NCBI GenBank assembly: GCA_041690295.1 | Contig: JAWLHR010000007.1 | Span: 60,019-124,018, forward strand | Length of the DNA: 64,000 nt | Origin: Bdellovibrionales bacterium | GTDB taxonomy: Bacteria > Bdellovibrionota > Bdellovibrionia > Bdellovibrionales > UBA1609 | Direction: 5' to 3' | In this document: piece after piece, positions 59,289-64,000 of the stretch | How the letters are laid out: each line of letters starts with the position of its first letter | Position numbering within the stretch: position 1 is the first letter of the stretch | Notes under the pieces: generated by a model | What the model was told of the DNA's origin: nothing | Database searches by the model: none | The model's input: the letters and a program-made list of their open reading frames with translations, nothing else | Made by a program: the position numbers and the translations under genes

Positions 59289-60374
59289 GTGGTCCGTCAC
59301 CTTTTTTTATTTATCGTTTTCTTTGCCGGGTGGACCGGATCTGCCCCGGCATTCGCGACGGAAAGCACAAAATGCGAGTCGATCCTTGGGGCTCGGTTGC
59401 AATTTCGGACTCAATGTCCGCCACCACCGGATCAAGGGTACGCGGGCACCTGCTGGGCCCATGCGGCCATTGTTCTTCTTCAGGCTGATCATATGCGACG
59501 GCACCCGCTCGCCGAACCCATTGAATTCGACGAAAATTTTTTGATCTTTCATTGGCTCCGGTATCAAGCGAGAAGGGCGCTGGGACGTAATCCTGCGGAA
59601 ATCGCTCACCACATCGATGACGGCGCCTCCATTTTCGCGGTTCTGTCACTGATCCGAAAACAAGGTCTGCTTCCGAAAGGAGCTTGGCCGTCACGAATGC
59701 CGGCGAGGCAAATCGATATGGTGGATCGGCTTCGCCTGGATCTCGGCTATCTGGTGGCGCAACAGCGGATGAAAATCAAGGAAAGAAGAAGTTCCAAAGC
59801 CTATGCCTCTATGGAAATCGATCGGCTGTTGGAGGCTTATTTCGGTTCCTTGCCGCCTGATAATTTCTTTTTCAACGGACGTTGGCTGACACCGGTGGCG
59901 TTCGCGCGCCACTATGGCCAAGTGGAGTCCAACCTCACTCAATTGCAAGTGGTGGAATTGCCGGACAGCATGAGTCGGAAGGTCCAGCGCCGGCTGCAAG
60001 CGGTGATCGCCGAGCAGTTGAAACGAGAGAAGAAACCGATTTTGATCAAATTGCGCTGGATCGATGCGTTCACGGATGGGGGAATCCTTTCCGTTGACCG
60101 GTTTTCCCATTTGCAATGGGATCATGAGTTCGCCAATTTATTGGTTCATGACAAGATCGGTATCAATCATCTGGTTCTGCTGACGGGATATTCACGCCTT
60201 AAGAACGGCGATTATGTTTTCGAGATTCAGAATTCCTGGGGTGAACATTGGGGCCAAGGGGGGAAAGGATACATCGATCCCAGCTATTGGCCGTTTGTTC
60301 GCGATGTGGCGCTTTATCCTGAATATGTGAAGCTGCTGAAAAAAGAGGGAATTGGTGTTCCGTCGGCCGAGTGA
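59289..60374 (+). CDS. Secreted C1 (papain/bleomycin-hydrolase-like) cysteine peptidase
   Basis: Signal peptide; DQGYAGTCW (oxyanion Q, catalytic C), NHLVLLTGY (H), IQNSWG..WG..GKGYI (N). Confidence 0.85.
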   Translation: MVRHLFLFIVFFAGWTGSAPAFATESTKCESILGARLQFRTQCPPPPDQGYAGTCWAHAAIVLLQADHMRRHPLAEPIEFDENFLIFHWLRYQARRALGRNPAEIAHHIDDGASIFAVLSLIRKQGLLPKGAWPSRMPARQIDMVDRLRLDLGYLVAQQRMKIKERRSSKAYASMEIDRLLEAYFGSLPPDNFFFNGRWLTPVAFARHYGQVESNLTQLQVVELPDSMSRKVQRRLQAVIAEQLKREKKPILIKLRWIDAFTDGGILSVDRFSHLQWDHEFANLLVHDKIGINHLVLLTGYSRLKNGDYVFEIQNSWGEHWGQGGKGYIDPSYWPFVRDVALYPEYVKLLKKEGIGVPSAE

Positions 60375-60426
60375 AACACCAAAATTTCTAATACCGTCCA
60401 GCCTGATTTTATGATTAGACCTAGGT

Positions 60427-61608
60427 ATGTCCGAAATTTTGATTCAGCACTCTTTTTTTCCGGCTTTTTTGGGATTGGCGGCGATATTGCTGGCGGCCAC
60501 GCTGGTGCATTTCGTCGCGAAGTCGGTTTTGTTCCGCCTGTGTTCGATCTTCATCAAAACAATTCCCAATGTCTGGACGAAGTCGTTACTTGATCGGCCG
60601 TTAATCGCGCAAACAGCATGGATCCTCACGATCCTCACTCTCCACGTGGGGCTTTCGAACACGGCCGTTCTCACGGGTCATGTGGGCGCCTTTGTTTTAA
60701 AGCTGGTCTCGGCCACGCTGGTGGCGGTGGTGTTGCGGGCGTTAACCACATTGTTGGGGCGGATCCATGACGCTTACAGCTCGCTGGAAATCGCGCGCAA
60801 CCGACCGATCAAAGGTTTCATCCAGGTCATCATCATCTTGCTCTATGTGGCGGCGCTCATTCTGATCGTTTCCATTCTGCTTGATAAATCGCCATGGGTC
60901 TTCTTAAGCGGCCTGGGTGCGATGACGGCGATTCTGATCCTGATCTTTCGCGACACGTTGTTATCGCTGGTCGCCGGTCTTCAGTTGATTTCCAATGATT
61001 TGATCCGCGTGGGTGATTGGATCGAAATGTCCCAATTCGGCGCGGATGGGGACGTGATCGATATCGCGCTTCATACGGTGCGCGTGCAGAATTGGGATCG
61101 CACCATCACCGTGATCCCAACTCATAAGTTCCTCGAAAATTCCTTCAAGAACTGGCGGGGGATGCAGGAGTCGGGTGGTCGGCGGATCAAGCGTTCAATT
61201 TATATAGATATGCATTCCATCCGGTTTCTTTCAAGCGAGGATATTGAACGCTTGAAGAAGGTTCCGCTTCTGCGCGATTACCTTGAGCAAAAAACGACTG
61301 AGTTGGCGCAGTATGCGAGCAACGAGACGCACCCGAGACGGTTGACCAACGTGGGCACCTTCCGGGCCTATTTGGTGAATTATCTAAAGAATCATCCGCG
61401 CATTCAGCAGCAAGCGACCATGATCGTGCGGCAGCTGGAGCCCAGTCCACAGGGCCTTCCCATTGAAATATATGCTTTTGCCAACACCATCAAATGGGTG
61501 GATTACGAAGGCATCCAATCCGATATATTCGATCATGTGTTGGCGATCGCTCCGGAATTTGGCCTCACGATTTTCCAATATCCATCAAGTAGCAGCTTTC
61601 GCGTTTAG
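60427..61608 (+). CDS. Miniconductance mechanosensitive channel (MscS family, YbdG/MscM type)
   Basis: SGLGAMTA..IFRDT, GDWIEM..GADGDVIDI.LHTV.VQNWD, NWRGM.ESGGRRIKRS, YEGIQSDIFDH. Confidence 0.92.
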   Translation: MSEILIQHSFFPAFLGLAAILLAATLVHFVAKSVLFRLCSIFIKTIPNVWTKSLLDRPLIAQTAWILTILTLHVGLSNTAVLTGHVGAFVLKLVSATLVAVVLRALTTLLGRIHDAYSSLEIARNRPIKGFIQVIIILLYVAALILIVSILLDKSPWVFLSGLGAMTAILILIFRDTLLSLVAGLQLISNDLIRVGDWIEMSQFGADGDVIDIALHTVRVQNWDRTITVIPTHKFLENSFKNWRGMQESGGRRIKRSIYIDMHSIRFLSSEDIERLKKVPLLRDYLEQKTTELAQYASNETHPRRLTNVGTFRAYLVNYLKNHPRIQQQATMIVRQLEPSPQGLPIEIYAFANTIKWVDYEGIQSDIFDHVLAIAPEFGLTIFQYPSSSSFRV

Positions 61609-61776
61609 CCCGCCAAGGGGCTAGAGGCTCGGTCGCAAGACATAGAAACCATGGACATCGGCGGCATTTAAACGCTTACAGCGACATTTCGCGCGCTCAG
61701 GCGTCTCATTTTTAGACGCAAAACTCGGTTTATTTACAGCTGAAGCCCCACCGGAGTTGCAACATACCGGTTTCCC

Positions 61777-63066
61777 ATGAAACGGATACAGTTGCTGATC
61801 ACCGGTATGTTGTTCTTGGGTCCATTGGCGTTCGCGGTGGATCCGGTATATGAAGTGAATGTGAGAACCTGTCTGAATCTGCGCGCCAAAGCCAAGTCCA
61901 AATCGCGTCGATTAGGTTGCGTTAAGGGCGGCTCGCAAGTTCGAATTCTTAAGCGAGCCCGACGGGGTGTTTTCCATTATGTTGAAACCGCTGACGGACG
62001 CCGCGGTTACCTGAGTGGAAATTATCTGAAAAAGTTCAGGCCGAAGCCGACCGTGGCCGCCCGCTCGGTCATCATCCCTGAAGTTTCGGCCAATCGTCTG
62101 GTCCGTCCCGAAGGCATTCCCGCATTACCTTTAAGGAATCCGATGCGCTCGGAAGCCACGCCCGCATTTGCCATGGAAACTCCTGATTCGCCGGTGAGAA
62201 ATCCGGCTCGATTGGTTTTTAACCCTGAACCGCCTTCTCCGGTAACGAACATGAATGAACAACTCACTGCTGATTTCGATCGCCAGAGCGCGGTCGAAAT
62301 GGTCGCCAAAGAACTGAAGTGCAGCGCGGAAAAGCATGTCGGAGTCGTTCGTGACGGGAAGGTGATCCGTGATTTGGCCGAAGCCTTTGTCGATGGTTGG
62401 GCGTATTTGAATCAGATCGGCCGGCCGGTTCCGTCTCCCGAGGAACGACGACACCTGTACGCGCAAATGGTTCATGAAAGTATTGGATTTAAAGCCATGA
62501 CCGAGGCGGGAAAGTCTACCAGATTCTCGCGATACAGGGGTGGCGCGAAATTTCGTGGCCGCGGGCCCATTCAGCTGACACACTGTTATAACTACGTGGG
62601 CTGTGCACGGTTTTTGTCGCGAATGGAAAAAGGCGTTGATGATTATGAATCTTTGGTTCCCAATAATGATTCGACTGAGTGTAGTTCAGCCCGAGATGTG
62701 GCCAAGCATCCCCTCATGACCAATCCCGAGAGTGTCATAGGGAAGACAGCTCAGACCAAGTATCACGCCGGCATGTGTTCGCTCTGGTGGTGGGAGAATA
62801 TGAAGGCTGTCGATTCCGACTTTGAGAAGGCTTTGAAAAAGCGGGGTAATACGGCGGTAACCTTTGTGTCCAAAGGTGTGAATTGCGGTGGCGCTAACAG
62901 GAAATGCAAGGTGAATCATTTGGATCGACGTTTGGCGATCTATAACAAAATCGGAGGTTGTATCAATGAAGGCCGTAAGCTTGAGCTGGCTATTTCGAAC
63001 CGTTCAGTTAGTCAGTCACGTCGTGCTAGTCTGCCTGCTAGTTCCGGCGGCTTCAGCATCAGATGA
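61777..63066 (+). CDS. Secreted SH3b plus glycoside hydrolase family 19 (lysozyme-like) protein
   Basis: Signal peptide; SH3b (LNLRA..GRRGYLSGNYL); Pro-rich linker; GH19 motifs AQMVHESIGF..E, FRGRGPIQLT..YNY, SLWWW, GVN.G, RR..Y. Confidence 0.8.
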   Translation: MKRIQLLITGMLFLGPLAFAVDPVYEVNVRTCLNLRAKAKSKSRRLGCVKGGSQVRILKRARRGVFHYVETADGRRGYLSGNYLKKFRPKPTVAARSVIIPEVSANRLVRPEGIPALPLRNPMRSEATPAFAMETPDSPVRNPARLVFNPEPPSPVTNMNEQLTADFDRQSAVEMVAKELKCSAEKHVGVVRDGKVIRDLAEAFVDGWAYLNQIGRPVPSPEERRHLYAQMVHESIGFKAMTEAGKSTRFSRYRGGAKFRGRGPIQLTHCYNYVGCARFLSRMEKGVDDYESLVPNNDSTECSSARDVAKHPLMTNPESVIGKTAQTKYHAGMCSLWWWENMKAVDSDFEKALKKRGNTAVTFVSKGVNCGGANRKCKVNHLDRRLAIYNKIGGCINEGRKLELAISNRSVSQSRRASLPASSGGFSIR

Positions 63067-63571
63067 TGACCCTGAATTTTTCGACAACTACACTCGCATA
63101 ACCAGTCGCGAGAAGTTGCTTTGCACCAAAGAATCGCCTTGCCGAATCAATCAGGGAAAGGTTCAGTTCGACATCATCTTTTACACCTCTCTGAATGAAG
63201 ACAAGCGAGTCATCATTGACCGGGTGGAGATCATCAACCTCGCCACAAAGAAATCCGAAGTTTACGAAATCCCGATTTCCGAACTGGGCAACCGACTCAT
63301 CCGCATTTTCTCGCGTAAGAGCCCGGCCAGTTTCTACGCCATTGATTTACTGGATCGAGGCGTGAAGGATTTGGTTTTGTTGGGGGCTGAAAGGATGGAT
63401 TTCGGCCGTTACTTTTACTACTTCCTCTACAACCCCAAGACCCAGAAATTCGTAATGTCCGATGATGCGTACCCCGTGATCAAACGCCGAGGAAAAAAGA
63501 AGATCCTCACGGACGGCGTGAACACCTACACGGTCGATAAAGACTTCGTCCTTCGCCAAAAGGAAAAGTGA
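62966..63571 (+). CDS. Exported protein, candidate inhibitor/immunity partner (XAC2610-like pattern)
   Basis: GGAGG SD 8 nt before the ATG; signal-like N-terminus; IDLLDRGVKDL..G..YYFLYNPKTQKF. Confidence 0.55.
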   Translation: MKAVSLSWLFRTVQLVSHVVLVCLLVPAASASDDDPEFFDNYTRITSREKLLCTKESPCRINQGKVQFDIIFYTSLNEDKRVIIDRVEIINLATKKSEVYEIPISELGNRLIRIFSRKSPASFYAIDLLDRGVKDLVLLGAERMDFGRYFYYFLYNPKTQKFVMSDDAYPVIKRRGKKKILTDGVNTYTVDKDFVLRQKEK

Positions 63572-64000
63572 CCGCGATCGACTAAAGTTTCTGAATGTGA
63601 AGTCCATCTCACGGTTTGTGTGTGAATGCGACCCAAGATGGAGTTAGCAACTGTGGGACATATCTATCGCAACATTAAGTAAATAGAAAAGTGGCTAACT
63701 TCGGACTGGCACAGCTTTTTGTGCCGGGCTGATTTTAGAAGAAGCCTACTCTTATTCCAGCGTCGGAACCAGGCATACATTGCCAGAGGTCACTTTGTCA
63801 GACTGTGTGCAAAAGCGATACAGTTTAATTGCTCATCATTCATTACGGCGTTAAGGACATCTTTTATCCGGTCCTTGGAGTTTTGATTGAAGCTGATCGT
63901 TCAACTGTGCCTATGGAATGGACCCGCCCCTTGTCTGACATACATTAATGTCAATTTGCGGTATCTAGGTACCAAATAAGTTATCGCACTTATTAGCAAG

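Noticed and set aside
63690..63740. Integron attC site
   Set aside because: The hairpin begins with GCTAAC but lacks a closing GTTRRRY, and there is no second site or integrase in the window.

Overview
A gene-dense, moderately GC-rich bacterial chromosome segment. Gene content and style (deltaproteobacterial-type T2SS, alternative complex III, mevalonate pathway, TIGR02147-like protein, orphan secreted and pilin-like proteins) point to a Bdellovibrionota-like, probably predatory, organism; this is inference. The housekeeping backbone is: M16 peptidase-dut; mutL-miaA-yicC-gmk-rpoZ-relA/spoT; ssb; a gspCDEFGHIJKLMN type II secretion cluster; System II cytochrome c maturation plus actABCDEF; thrS-infC(AUU start)-rpmI-rplT; a five-gene mevalonate cluster; and pheS-pheT-ihfA-merR. 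I found no tRNA, rRNA, CRISPR array, transposase or integrase. The most interesting candidates are: (1) a secreted SH3-GH19 peptidoglycan-hydrolase-like protein overlapped by a secreted partner resembling XAC2610-type inhibitors, i.e. a putative effector/self-immunity pair (61777-63571); (2) an orphan pilin fused to a phage tail-fibre-like C-terminal domain behind a FliA-like promoter (51366-52540); (3) a FabD-like pseudoenzyme lacking the catalytic Ser, behind a sigma-54-type promoter and divergent from the T2SS; (4) a secreted ALK-like glycine-rich protein; (5) a small CxxC protein inserted between gspD and gspE. All calls are by-eye motif recognition; no searches were run.
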